A DNA stretch of 39,745 nucleotides. Source: a virus. Lineage: Duplodnaviria; Caudoviricetes. Both the position numbers and the translations under genes were made by a program. Shown in pieces: positions 1 to 8,486 of this stretch. The stretch's first letter is position 1, and the number at the start of each line of letters is the position of its first letter. The stretch is from positions 1 to 39,745 of IMG/VR virus record IMGVR_UViG_3300020045_006736; one strand, 5' to 3'. The notes beneath the pieces are model-generated. The model saw only the letters and a program-made list of their open reading frames with translations, had not been told where the DNA came from and searched no databases.

Positions 1-22
1 GCCGGGGAGGCCGGGGGCGCCG

Positions 23-183
23 GGGAAGCAGCGCCCGGGAAGCAGCGCCCGGGACGCCGGGGAAGCCCGGGAAGCCCGGGAAGCCCGGGAAGCAGCGCCC
101 GGGAAGCAGCGCCCGGGAAGCAGCGCCCGGGAAGCAGCGCCCGGGAAGCAGCGCCCGGGAAGCAGCGCCCGGGAAGCAGCGCC
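23..183. repeat. GC-rich tandem repeats: GGGAAGCAGCGCCC (14 bp) x2 then x~7, separated by GGGAAGCCC (9 bp) x3
   Basis: Read directly: 14-mers at 23-50 and 87-183; 9-mers at 60-86. Confidence 0.95.
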
Positions 184-454
184 GATAAAACCGCGCGGCC
201 AGCTTCGATAAAAGCCACTCTACTATATAGTACCAATCAGTAAAAACGCCTCGTCTATCGACTCGGCGAACAATGAGCCGCTACGCGGCAGTATTATTCG
301 ATCTTTGAAAGCATCAATAAGGAATCGCTGCGCGATACCACTTTGATTTTTTAAAGGCGATGTTCGCTTTCAGCGAGTAGGGGGGTACATGTGGCGGGGT
401 GGGAGGGGATTCGAGGGGGTGTGCTCCCAGTACCACCCCACCCATGACGACTCG

Positions 455-705
455 AAATTAGCAAGAAAAAATTAGCCACCCCTCCCCCTATCGCTTAGGC
501 AAAAAAAATTAGCAAGAAAAAATTAGCCGCCCATCCTTCTCTCGCTTAGGCAAAAAAATTAGCAAGAAAAAATTAGCCACCCCTCCCCCTCTCGCTTAGG
601 CAACAAAAAGTAGCAATTTTCCGCAGAAATCCACGCCAACAAAAAGTAGCAAATTTCCGCTGAGCAATTTTCCGCAGAAATCCACGCCAACAAAAAGTAG
701 CAAAT
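455..705. repeat. A-tract-rich direct repeats with ~50-51 bp period (two unit types)
   Basis: AAATTAGCAAGAAAAAATTAGCC...TCGCTTAGGCAA starts at 455, 506 and 556. AGCAATTTTCCGCAGAAATCCACGCCAACAAAAAGTAGCAAAT is at 612 and 663. Confidence 0.9.
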
Positions 706-1008
706 CCCCGCAAAATACGACTTAGCAAATCTCCGCAAAAATCTATGGTGGCCAACACCCCCCTACCTTGTGCAATCTTCGAGGGTGTTGCGGAGGAATA
801 TTCTGCGGAAATTTGCAAAAAATCGCGAAAAAAATCTTATCGGGGGTGTTTTGCGGAAAAATTACAAGTTTTTTTCCGTCCAGGGTAGATCTCCGGAGGG
901 GATTTTAGGGATAAATACCACACTGGTCGTAGGGTATTAGGGCACATTTTTCCGTAAATCGTACAAATTTTATACAATTTCGGAAAAAATTTCTCCGCTG
1001 ACGGGCAG

Positions 1009-1991
1009 GGTGGACAGCCAGTTTTTGTCTTACCTAGTAAATTACAGCAGCGTTTTGTATAAAAAATGGTCAAAATTGCCTAAAAAAGTGTCCACCGTAG
1101 CCAAAAAAGGGCTAAAAATGCCATGTTGGCCGCTACGGTGGACACCCTCCAACGACCTTGCTTTTCCTGTGTCCAATGTCCTCCAAGTCCTTATTTTTAT
1201 TATTATTATTATTATTATTATAGAGAAAATATATAGTATATAGGACGTGGGACGTGTCCAGGGTAGATGGCAATATCTATGGTGGACACTATGGTGGACA
1301 GCCAGGAAATACGTGGCTTCCAGGGGTGTTTTTGGGGTGTTTTTGGGGTTTGTCCACCCACATCTAAAGAGTTACTACAGAAAAAAAGGTGTGCCCTAGG
1401 ATTTTTGTAGGAGTACCCCCATCCCAGCGGAAATCTGCGCGATCCTCCCAGCGGAAATCTGCTCTGCGTAAATCTGCTCACTGTGTCTGGCGTGTAGCAC
1501 TGTGGAAAAATACCCAGGGCTTTTTTCCTGTAGGAAATCTTGATGGCATGGTGGACAAAATGGCTTTTTAAGCGTACTTCGGTAAGACCCAATGAAACGT
1601 TGATAAAAAACGAAGTATGAAGCCTTACAATGGGCTGACTACTCGAAAATTAAAGAGATACTACCTCAGAAAATGGCAAGAGTTAGTTTATGGTCAGCTA
1701 CAAGACTTTATGCGAAGTGCATTGAATACTTTGAAAAAAAAGTTAAAGACTAGGTATTTTAAAATTTAGATTTACTTTTGTGTTTTACAGTGGTACACTA
1801 CTAAAAATCCTGGATTTATGAAATCTACCCTGGACAGAACCCTTAAAAGCAGCCTGAAAAGGGCTAAAAATCAACCCCAAACTGAGGACGTAACCCTATG
1901 TATTCAATAGCTATTTGCCTTATTGACACCGCCGGTAAAGATGTGTCCACCGTAGCTGTCCACCGTAGCGATTTTTTGGCTACGGTGGACA
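1009..1991. promoter_or_regulatory. Cluster of TGTCCACC/GGTGGACA iteron-like repeats; candidate replication origin
   Basis: Ten octamer copies (1009, 1089, 1137, 1281, 1293, 1351, 1550, 1944, 1957, 1984) in both orientations around an AT-rich (TTA)n stretch at ~1191-1242. Confidence 0.6.
1771..1799 (+). promoter_or_regulatory. Sigma70-like promoter upstream of first early gene
   Basis: TTTACT-17 bp-TACACT with an extended TG at 1791-1792. Confidence 0.45.
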
Positions 1992-2953
1992 GAGAGCTTT
2001 TTGCCATCAATTTCGGCAGCATAAAATCACCCTATGTGGTTGAAATCGTTGACGAACATACTACCGACTATGTTTGTATCACCGAAAACAAGATTGTCAG
2101 GGTTTTTAAGCTTTTTATCAACAATGCAAGCACTTTGGACGTGTACGAGGCCGTTAATAGCTCTAGGCTGATGTACGACCTCCGCATCGGTAAAAATCCA
2201 CACGAAAAGCCTTTAAAATCAACAGATTTGGATGAATCCGAGACCAAGAATACGCAGCAGGACAACCCCATTGAAGGGTCTAAAAACCCGACTACGTACC
2301 GGGGTAAAAGGGTACGAGAAGCAAGCGCGATGATGAAATCGCTGATTTCCAGGGTCGAGGACATGAAGACCGTGCTTGAGTCCACAGAAAAAGGACTTAA
2401 AAGGGAAAACCGGATCGATAACTCGATGTGCATAGCCGCTATGAACGCTCTGAGTACCTCAATGGACACTTCCCTTGCCGAGTTTGCCAAGGTGCTGGTA
2501 AGGTATCAGATTGAGTTTCCCAAGGTTAAGACTTATCTGGAAGGGTCTTTGAAACCTACCTTGAGCGCGGCGGAACTGCAACGGCGGAGTGAGGAGGCGG
2601 CATGGAAGGAGAAGCAGGAGTTCAAAGCGAAACGCGCGGCGGAGAGACTGGCCAGACGGGAAGCCAAAAAAGCGGAGACAAAAGCCCGGTGGGACGCGAT
2701 CAAGTTGCAGAGGAAGAACGAGCTGGCCATAAAGCGGCTAAGGGCGACGCTGGCGAAGAAAGAACGCGAGCACGCTAGGGACACCCACCGCAAGGCGAAA
2801 GAAGCCCTTGAAACGGCCAAGCTTGCCCGGCGGTTGGATCGGCAGGCGAGGAAGGAACAAGCAGCGCGAGAGGCGGAGCAAAAGCGGCTTGACAATCTTG
2901 CCAAGACCAAACCAAAGCAAACGACCGATGAAAACTACGAGGATTTAGTATGA
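1898..2953 (+). CDS. Hypothetical protein with charged coiled-coil C-terminal half; ends TTDENYEDLV
   Basis: 351-aa ORF with GAGG SD upstream and a K/R/E/A-rich helical C-terminus. Confidence 0.75.
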   Translation: MYSIAICLIDTAGKDVSTVAVHRSDFLATVDRELFAINFGSIKSPYVVEIVDEHTTDYVCITENKIVRVFKLFINNASTLDVYEAVNSSRLMYDLRIGKNPHEKPLKSTDLDESETKNTQQDNPIEGSKNPTTYRGKRVREASAMMKSLISRVEDMKTVLESTEKGLKRENRIDNSMCIAAMNALSTSMDTSLAEFAKVLVRYQIEFPKVKTYLEGSLKPTLSAAELQRRSEEAAWKEKQEFKAKRAAERLARREAKKAETKARWDAIKLQRKNELAIKRLRATLAKKEREHARDTHRKAKEALETAKLARRLDRQARKEQAAREAEQKRLDNLAKTKPKQTTDENYEDLV

Positions 2954-3543
2954 CGACGCACGACAAGACCGTGGGGAAGGATGGCTATCAAAAGCCGGGA
3001 TCTCAAAGAACTTGCCGGTACAGACTGGTTTCAACGATGATCGACACCGCGCATTTGCTGAATTACTCCGAAATCCAACTCGATAACCCGATCACCGAGG
3101 AAACCCCCGCGCAAATTAAAGCAGCAGAGAAAGCAGCGGATGCCCTCCGGAACGCGATGATCGAACTGCAGGAAACCTTGCTGGCGTACGGCATCGAGCA
3201 ACCGGACATCGACTACAAAATTTACGAACCGGTAATTCCGGCCGGGCCGCTGATGTCGGCCAAGCAGCGCGAGGAGATCCAGCGAATCAAGGACAAGGAA
3301 GCCGCACGGCAAGCCAAACTGGACGCCAAAGCGGAACGGGAACTGCAAGCTCTGCTGGCCAGCCTGGATCGAAAGGCGGGCAACTCCGAACCGAAAGCCG
3401 CAAGGAAGCAACGAGCGAAGCCCCCAGGCGCCAAAGCCACCCAAACCGCCAAAGCCACCCAAACCGCCAAAGCCACCCAAACCGCCAAAGCCACCCAACG
3501 CGAACAACCAACGACCGATGAAAACTACGAGGATTTAGTATGA
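2950..3543 (+). CDS. Hypothetical protein with AKATQT repeats; ends TTDENYEDLV
   Basis: 197-aa ORF with an ATGA overlap with the upstream stop and a GAGG SD. Confidence 0.7.
   Translation: MTTHDKTVGKDGYQKPGSQRTCRYRLVSTMIDTAHLLNYSEIQLDNPITEETPAQIKAAEKAADALRNAMIELQETLLAYGIEQPDIDYKIYEPVIPAGPLMSAKQREEIQRIKDKEAARQAKLDAKAERELQALLASLDRKAGNSEPKAARKQRAKPPGAKATQTAKATQTAKATQTAKATQREQPTTDENYEDLV
3430..3498 (+). repeat. 18-bp tandem repeat GCCAAAGCCACCCAAACC x~4 (AKATQT)
   Basis: Read directly. Confidence 0.95.
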
Positions 3544-3698
3544 CGACGCACGACAAGACCGCGGGGAAGGGCGCCGAGTGGCGGAGCCTGGCCCTGCAAT
3601 TCAGCGATGCACTGCAAGCCGCCAGAAGCGACCAACCAGCAGCACCAACACCAACAGAACCCGTCGGCGTGACGGAAGGAGAACGGACATGGCGATAG
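3540..3698 (+). CDS. Small hypothetical protein (52 aa, MTTHDKTAGKG...)
   Basis: Below the ORF-track cutoff. Starts in the second copy of the 61-bp repeat with the same SD/ATGA coupling as 2950. Confidence 0.45.
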   Translation: MTTHDKTAGKGAEWRSLALQFSDALQAARSDQPAAPTPTEPVGVTEGERTWR

Positions 3699-4750
3699 GC
3701 AGACCGCGCAAGAACAGCATGCCCAAGGTGCTCAAAGGGCTGCCGAGGAAGGCGACCATGCTCCTGGTTGACACCGCCAGCGACGAACAGATCGGGAGCC
3801 ACTCGGTGCCATTCCCCGGCAACAACCAGAAGGAGGTGTACCTGGAGGCGGTGCGCTACGGCGGGCTGGACACGGGGACACTGGGCTACCCGGTGTACAC
3901 CTACCACGAGGACGGCACCGTGACGATCGAGAGCCGGGAGCTGGAACGGAAGGTTGTGGTGGTCATCCAGAACGAACACGACGAGGAGATAGCGTACCGC
4001 CCCAACCCGTCGAGCCAACCCGGCCAGACGCACCCGCAGAAGGAGAGCCACGTCAAGGAAGCCCTGGCGCAGTTCGAGCGCGAAAAGAAAGCGCAACGCA
4101 ACGCGCAACGGCAGCGGAACCTAAAGGCGAAGCACGACGCCGTGCTGACCTTCGTTGAGCGCCTGAGCAGGCAGCGCCGGGCACGGTACGAGCTGAGGAA
4201 GGGGGAACTGAAGACCCAGGAGCTGAACGCCAGGGAGAAATTGCGGGCCAAGGGCAAGGCGGACATGGAGGCACTGAAGGCCAAGCGCGAGCCATTGCAA
4301 CAGGAGCGGGACCGGCAGAACCAGTTGCGGGAAGAGCGGCGGCGGAAGCGATGGAACGCGAAGTCCACGGCGACTGCGCTACTGGATGTGGCTAGGACCG
4401 ATCTGAGGACGCTAGACGGGCTTTTGATACAAACCGAGGCTATGGTAGCGGTGAGCAACGCATCGACGCTCAGCGCGGCTGTACGTGCGCTGCAAGCGGC
4501 AATCAAGTCGATGCAGTCGGCGCAGAAGCGGCTGCGCACGGCGCTGAACGTCAGCGAGCGGCAGCAGAGCGCGGAGCTACAGAGGCTGGACCAGCGCATG
4601 GAGCGGCTGGCCAGGGAACGGGACCGGAAAGCGCAACTGTTGACCAAACGGCTGGCGAGGCGGCAGGCGAGAGCGCAGGAGGCGGCGGCGAAGGCGGCGG
4701 CGGAGCCGCCACTACTGGCCGGCGACGAGGACTACAGCGACTTAGTGTAA
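3689..4750 (+). CDS. Basic coiled-coil protein with N-terminal AT-hook-like GRPRK; ends DEDYSDLV
   Basis: Start reassigned to ATG 3689 (AGGAG SD just upstream); 353 aa. Confidence 0.75.
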   Translation: MAIGRPRKNSMPKVLKGLPRKATMLLVDTASDEQIGSHSVPFPGNNQKEVYLEAVRYGGLDTGTLGYPVYTYHEDGTVTIESRELERKVVVVIQNEHDEEIAYRPNPSSQPGQTHPQKESHVKEALAQFEREKKAQRNAQRQRNLKAKHDAVLTFVERLSRQRRARYELRKGELKTQELNAREKLRAKGKADMEALKAKREPLQQERDRQNQLREERRRKRWNAKSTATALLDVARTDLRTLDGLLIQTEAMVAVSNASTLSAAVRALQAAIKSMQSAQKRLRTALNVSERQQSAELQRLDQRMERLARERDRKAQLLTKRLARRQARAQEAAAKAAAEPPLLAGDEDYSDLV

Positions 4751-4757
4751 GAAAACC

Positions 4758-4787
4758 TTTACAAATATGAAAAACAAATGCTACATT
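4758..4787 (+). promoter_or_regulatory. Sigma70-like promoter
   Basis: TTTACA-18 bp-TACATT with extended TG; GAGGAGG SD before 4822. Confidence 0.5.
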
Positions 4788-4821
4788 GACACCCGGAAAT
4801 TAAATAACCTGAGGAGGGGCT

Positions 4822-6807
4822 ATGACAAAGCGCGTGACAGAGTTAACTGATGAGCAAAGGGCACAATTAAAGCCGTGGGCGGACAAGTGGGTAAAGATCG
4901 GACTGTCGTGTGAGCCAGCGGACTTCGACGCCGCGGGGAAAGCGATCCGGGACTGCTACCGGCTGTCTGGGCTGGCGCAACCGAAGGTGGTGATCCCCGT
5001 GTCGTCTCCGATGGTGATGCGGGTGGCGTCGCCGGCGGCGGAGTACGGGGTGTGGCTGGCCAGCAAGTTGAAGAAAGACCTGCTGGCGGCACTATCCGAG
5101 GCCGGTGAGGGGCTGAGCGTTGACAGGGATGAAACCGGTAAAGAGCCGATAGAGGCCTACGAAGCCAAGGATTTGAACTGGAAAGTGTGGGACAATCAAG
5201 TTTTGGGAGTCATCGATACGCTCCGCTCCGTCAACGGGGGCGGGGTGCTGAAAGAAGTGCGTGTTGCGGTGGAGCATCCCGTAAGTGATGCACTAGAAAG
5301 CGCGCTCCATGAAGCAGCGGCAATGGCGGTGGACAACCTATTCGCCGATACCGTCAAGCGGGAGGGAAACGAAGAGCATACTGGCCCGGAAGACAGCAAG
5401 GTAAACAGAGAGGTACTTGATAAAGTCTATGCGGAAGTGGACAGGAAAATATTTAACAACCAGTTCGTCGGAGAAAAACTAGAAATAGCTAGCCAGTTCT
5501 CGAATCCGCTTAAGGATAGCGTCGAAGGTATGGTTAATAAGCTGTTCAACGAAGCTATTCAAGATAACGGAAGAAAAGAATCCAGTGTGGATTCCAACAT
5601 ACAAGAGGATGTAAGACAGCTTCTATACAGCATTACGCAGCACACCAACGCAACAACAACAGCAAAAACCCTTGCGCTGTGGTCCGTGTACGAAGATGTG
5701 GATAGGGCAGTTGAACAGGCCACCAGAGCGGCTATTGAGGCGCAAGTAGCACAGGGGGGTGACAAAAGGAATAACCACATAAAAACGCATTTTGATGCGC
5801 AAACTGCGATAATCGTAAAAGTGCGCGAATCGGTATACTCGCTGACCGAAAGAGGTATACGAGACTCGGTGAGTCGCGCCTTTGGTAATCCAACATCGGG
5901 GGGTGCGCAAAGTGTCAAGGTGCTATTGGAAAGCGCGGTTAACGAAGGGGGATGTTTATTTTTGGCCAGGGGACCGCAAGCCAGCATGTTGAACATCGCC
6001 GCGGTAACAGCGGTGGTTTCAGCGGTCGAGACAGCGATTGTAGCAGCTATAAAAGAAGCTTCTCCAAGCCAACTGATGGCCGCTAAGACGTTGGGCAAAA
6101 ATCTGAGCGATCATGCCGTTAAGCAGTTTCTAAAAAGCAAAGTGGAAGAAGCCTTCCAGCATTTGGAGGCATCGGCGGTGTTCTACACAACGGGGAATCT
6201 ATATTCCTGGTGGCCGGCCTTCGAGAGCTTCTTTACTGAAGTCTGCAAGCTCGAACTGCCGGGGGACTATAACGAACGCGCGAAAGCGTACCGGGATGCC
6301 TGTACTAACGCGGGGTGGAGTTGCTTGTACAAGGATTTTGCGATGGTATGCGACCGGCCGGAGTGGATCAAATTAGAAGATAGACGGTTGCATTCGCCGG
6401 ATGGCTATGCGATAAAATGGCGTGACGGTTTCGGCTTAACGTTCTGGCGAGGAACACACGTACCCGAGCAATGGATCCTCGGAGAAAAGCCAACGGCGGC
6501 GGAGTTGCTTAAGCGGGAGAACGTCGAGGAAAGACGCGCTGGCTTCGAGATCATAGGCTGGGATGCGCTGTTGACTGAACTGAACGCGAAAGTTATTGAC
6601 CAGCACAGCAATCCGCAGATCGGTGCATTACTGGAGGCTGACATTCCTGACAGCGGTACGGAACGATTCCTGAAGGTTGAGTGCGGAACCGGGAGATCTT
6701 TTGTGATACCCGTACCACCAACCGTTAACACCGCAGTCGAAGCGCAAGCCTGGACCTACGGCTTCGATGACGTAAACGATTTTTTAATTCCTGAAGTAAG
6801 AACCTAA
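4822..6807 (+). CDS. DUF6745-like protein
   Basis: N-terminal W..IGLS.EPAD...Y...GL..P.....SP and C-terminal GW.......VCDRP......RLH..DG.AI.WRDG.G..FW.G..VP, then N.EERR and VPP....A.EA.AWTYG motifs. Confidence 0.75.
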   Translation: MTKRVTELTDEQRAQLKPWADKWVKIGLSCEPADFDAAGKAIRDCYRLSGLAQPKVVIPVSSPMVMRVASPAAEYGVWLASKLKKDLLAALSEAGEGLSVDRDETGKEPIEAYEAKDLNWKVWDNQVLGVIDTLRSVNGGGVLKEVRVAVEHPVSDALESALHEAAAMAVDNLFADTVKREGNEEHTGPEDSKVNREVLDKVYAEVDRKIFNNQFVGEKLEIASQFSNPLKDSVEGMVNKLFNEAIQDNGRKESSVDSNIQEDVRQLLYSITQHTNATTTAKTLALWSVYEDVDRAVEQATRAAIEAQVAQGGDKRNNHIKTHFDAQTAIIVKVRESVYSLTERGIRDSVSRAFGNPTSGGAQSVKVLLESAVNEGGCLFLARGPQASMLNIAAVTAVVSAVETAIVAAIKEASPSQLMAAKTLGKNLSDHAVKQFLKSKVEEAFQHLEASAVFYTTGNLYSWWPAFESFFTEVCKLELPGDYNERAKAYRDACTNAGWSCLYKDFAMVCDRPEWIKLEDRRLHSPDGYAIKWRDGFGLTFWRGTHVPEQWILGEKPTAAELLKRENVEERRAGFEIIGWDALLTELNAKVIDQHSNPQIGALLEADIPDSGTERFLKVECGTGRSFVIPVPPTVNTAVEAQAWTYGFDDVNDFLIPEVRT

Positions 6808-6824
6808 AACTAGGAGCAGAAAGT

Positions 6825-7175
6825 ATGAAAATAATTAGCAATGTAGCCGCGCAAGGGGATCTGATGATCCGAAAAGTGGCCGAAACCCCAAAAGAAACCG
6901 TTAAAGTACCTCCGACGAATGGCAGGTACGTTCTTGCGCACAGCGAGACGGGCCACGATCATGTCGTAGACGCGAAAGACGTGGACCTGTTCCGCTACGA
7001 AGGCGCGGACAACGACATGAAGTCGTACCTGGTCGTCAAAGGGATTATCGGCGCACAGCTAGAACACCTGCGGACGTTCGACACCCACGAAACGCTGTTG
7101 ATCCCACCGGGAATCTATGAGATCCGCAGACAGAGGGAGTACGTTCCGGAAGGCTGGCGCAAAGTGGAGGACTGA
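6825..7175 (+). CDS. Conserved His-rich partner of DUF6745 proteins
   Basis: QGD, HSETGHDH, EH....H and Y.IRRQREY......V.D motifs; GGAG SD. Confidence 0.7.
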   Translation: MKIISNVAAQGDLMIRKVAETPKETVKVPPTNGRYVLAHSETGHDHVVDAKDVDLFRYEGADNDMKSYLVVKGIIGAQLEHLRTFDTHETLLIPPGIYEIRRQREYVPEGWRKVED

Positions 7176-7471
7176 TGATCTTCGACGTTACAAAGCGGAA
7201 TGTAGCACACATAGAACCGCTAAGGAGGCTTATCGAAGAACTTGAGGTGATGTGGCCAAGTGCGCATTTCAGGGAACAAACCGCTTTTACGTCCGGGGGC
7301 ATAAAACAGTCGTTCGAGACTACGGTGATTGTCGATGCGGATTTTGAGAACGGGTATTTGAGGCACTACAAAATCACAAATGAATCCATCGAAAACTTGA
7401 TAGACCTGCTGTATTCTCAAGGGGTAAAGGACATCCGTATAAAACTTCTATATAAACCAGTGGAAAACTAA
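7175..7471 (+). CDS. Hypothetical protein
   Basis: 98-aa ORF translationally coupled to the upstream gene. Confidence 0.6.
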   Translation: MIFDVTKRNVAHIEPLRRLIEELEVMWPSAHFREQTAFTSGGIKQSFETTVIVDADFENGYLRHYKITNESIENLIDLLYSQGVKDIRIKLLYKPVEN

Positions 7472-7472
7472 C

Positions 7473-7673
7473 ATGAACGCTAAAACAGCTAAAAAACTGA
7501 GGCGCTACGTTCTGTCTACCGGGCTGACAGACCCGGAAACCGAGTACCGTGCGGACAGAACTACCGGAACCGTCAGAACGGTCGATCGGTGTTACCGGGG
7601 TGCGTACCAATCGCTCAAAAGAAAACTGAAGCACCATTCGGCATCCGGGAGGAGCGATCATGAAACTGCATGA
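7473..7673 (+). CDS. Small basic hypothetical protein
   Basis: MNAKTAKKLRR... 66 aa; fills the operon gap. Confidence 0.6.
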   Translation: MNAKTAKKLRRYVLSTGLTDPETEYRADRTTGTVRTVDRCYRGAYQSLKRKLKHHSASGRSDHETA

Positions 7674-7803
7674 CCTGAACGATGAACACGCAACCGCCAA
7701 AGCAATTGGCTATGGGCTGTTTACCGGCATCGCCATCGCTTTAGCCGGTTCTGTTATCGGCAAGCTGATGGCGGCGTTGTTGCTGAGCGATGTAACAATT
7801 TAA
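7660..7803 (+). CDS. Small membrane protein (47 aa)
   Basis: GGAGGAG SD; MKLHDLNDEHATAKAIGYGLFTGIAIALAGSVIGKLMAALLLSDVTI. Below the ORF-track cutoff. Confidence 0.6.
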   Translation: MKLHDLNDEHATAKAIGYGLFTGIAIALAGSVIGKLMAALLLSDVTI

Positions 7804-7816
7804 CGGGGGAGAGATT

Positions 7817-8296
7817 ATGAGCGAGAGAGAATACCAAGAACTGTGCTACAGAGTGGAGAGAATTGATCCAGACGCGGCGGAATATCTTAGGGGGGAGGGA
7901 AGAACTTTGTCAGGGTTCACAACTTCTGGGGATCTGCGAGAAGTTTTCTTGTGGGAGGCTACTAAGCAGGGGCGCGAATATTGGCAAAGAATACAAAAAG
8001 AATTGGAGTGGAGTGTGCGTAAACCAGACACATGTACACCGGTAATAAGATATTCCTACGACATGAAGGCAGCGAGTGAAAGGTTCGATAAGCTGATGGA
8101 GTTTAAAGCCGAGCACTGCCCGGACAAGGTGTGGGAGCACGGCGCGGCCAATTACTCTATCCACTACAACCATACGTCAGAAATGTGGGAATCCGCGCAG
8201 TGGCTATTCATGGAGCACCCGTCGGAAGTCTATCTGGATAAAACCAGTGCAGAAAAATTATCTAGCATGTTAAACTCTGGAGAGTTTGTATTCTAG
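7817..8296 (+). CDS. Hypothetical protein
   Basis: 159-aa ORF with purine-rich SD. Confidence 0.65.
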   Translation: MSEREYQELCYRVERIDPDAAEYLRGEGRTLSGFTTSGDLREVFLWEATKQGREYWQRIQKELEWSVRKPDTCTPVIRYSYDMKAASERFDKLMEFKAEHCPDKVWEHGAANYSIHYNHTSEMWESAQWLFMEHPSEVYLDKTSAEKLSSMLNSGEFVF

Positions 8297-8306
8297 GAGA
8301 CTTGAC

Positions 8307-8483
8307 ATGACTGAAAATTATGACTTGTACTACCGGGAAGGCTACCGGCACGCTGAACAGGGACTCGATCTTTACAACAACCCATACCCGCTAGGCTCCG
8401 AGGAAGCGAAAGCCTGGGCGCAAGGCTGGGAGGACGGGGACTACGAAGCCGGACCTGAAGACGATTCACTGGACATGGAGTAG
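8307..8483 (+). CDS. Rmf (ribosome modulation factor)/CrpP-fold-like protein
   Basis: GY..A..G.....NPY.........W..GW pattern resembling Rmf; AGGAG SD before ATG 8307. Confidence 0.55.
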   Translation: MTENYDLYYREGYRHAEQGLDLYNNPYPLGSEEAKAWAQGWEDGDYEAGPEDDSLDME

Positions 8484-8486
8484 CCG

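Larger units (their letters stand above)
2920..3570. repeat. 61-bp direct repeat (2920-2980 and 3510-3570, one mismatch) spanning gene junctions
   Basis: AACGACCGATGAAAACTACGAGGATTTAGTATGACGACGCACGACAAGACCG(T/C)GGGGAAGG occurs twice, 590 bp apart. Confidence 0.95.

Noticed and set aside
23-705. Left-end repeats as a CRISPR array
   Set aside because: Units are contiguous with no unique spacers, and no cas genes are present.
573-1592. ORF-track ORFs across the repeat region
   Set aside because: Translations just mirror the DNA repeats; no convincing SD or protein motifs.
1009-1991. TGTCCACC repeats as DnaA boxes
   Set aside because: They differ from TTATCCACA and extend into a longer conserved 13-mer, which fits a phage-specific iteron better.
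2068-4647. Long minus-strand ORFs opposite the early genes
   Set aside because: Antisense shadows of biased, repetitive plus-strand coding; no independent features.
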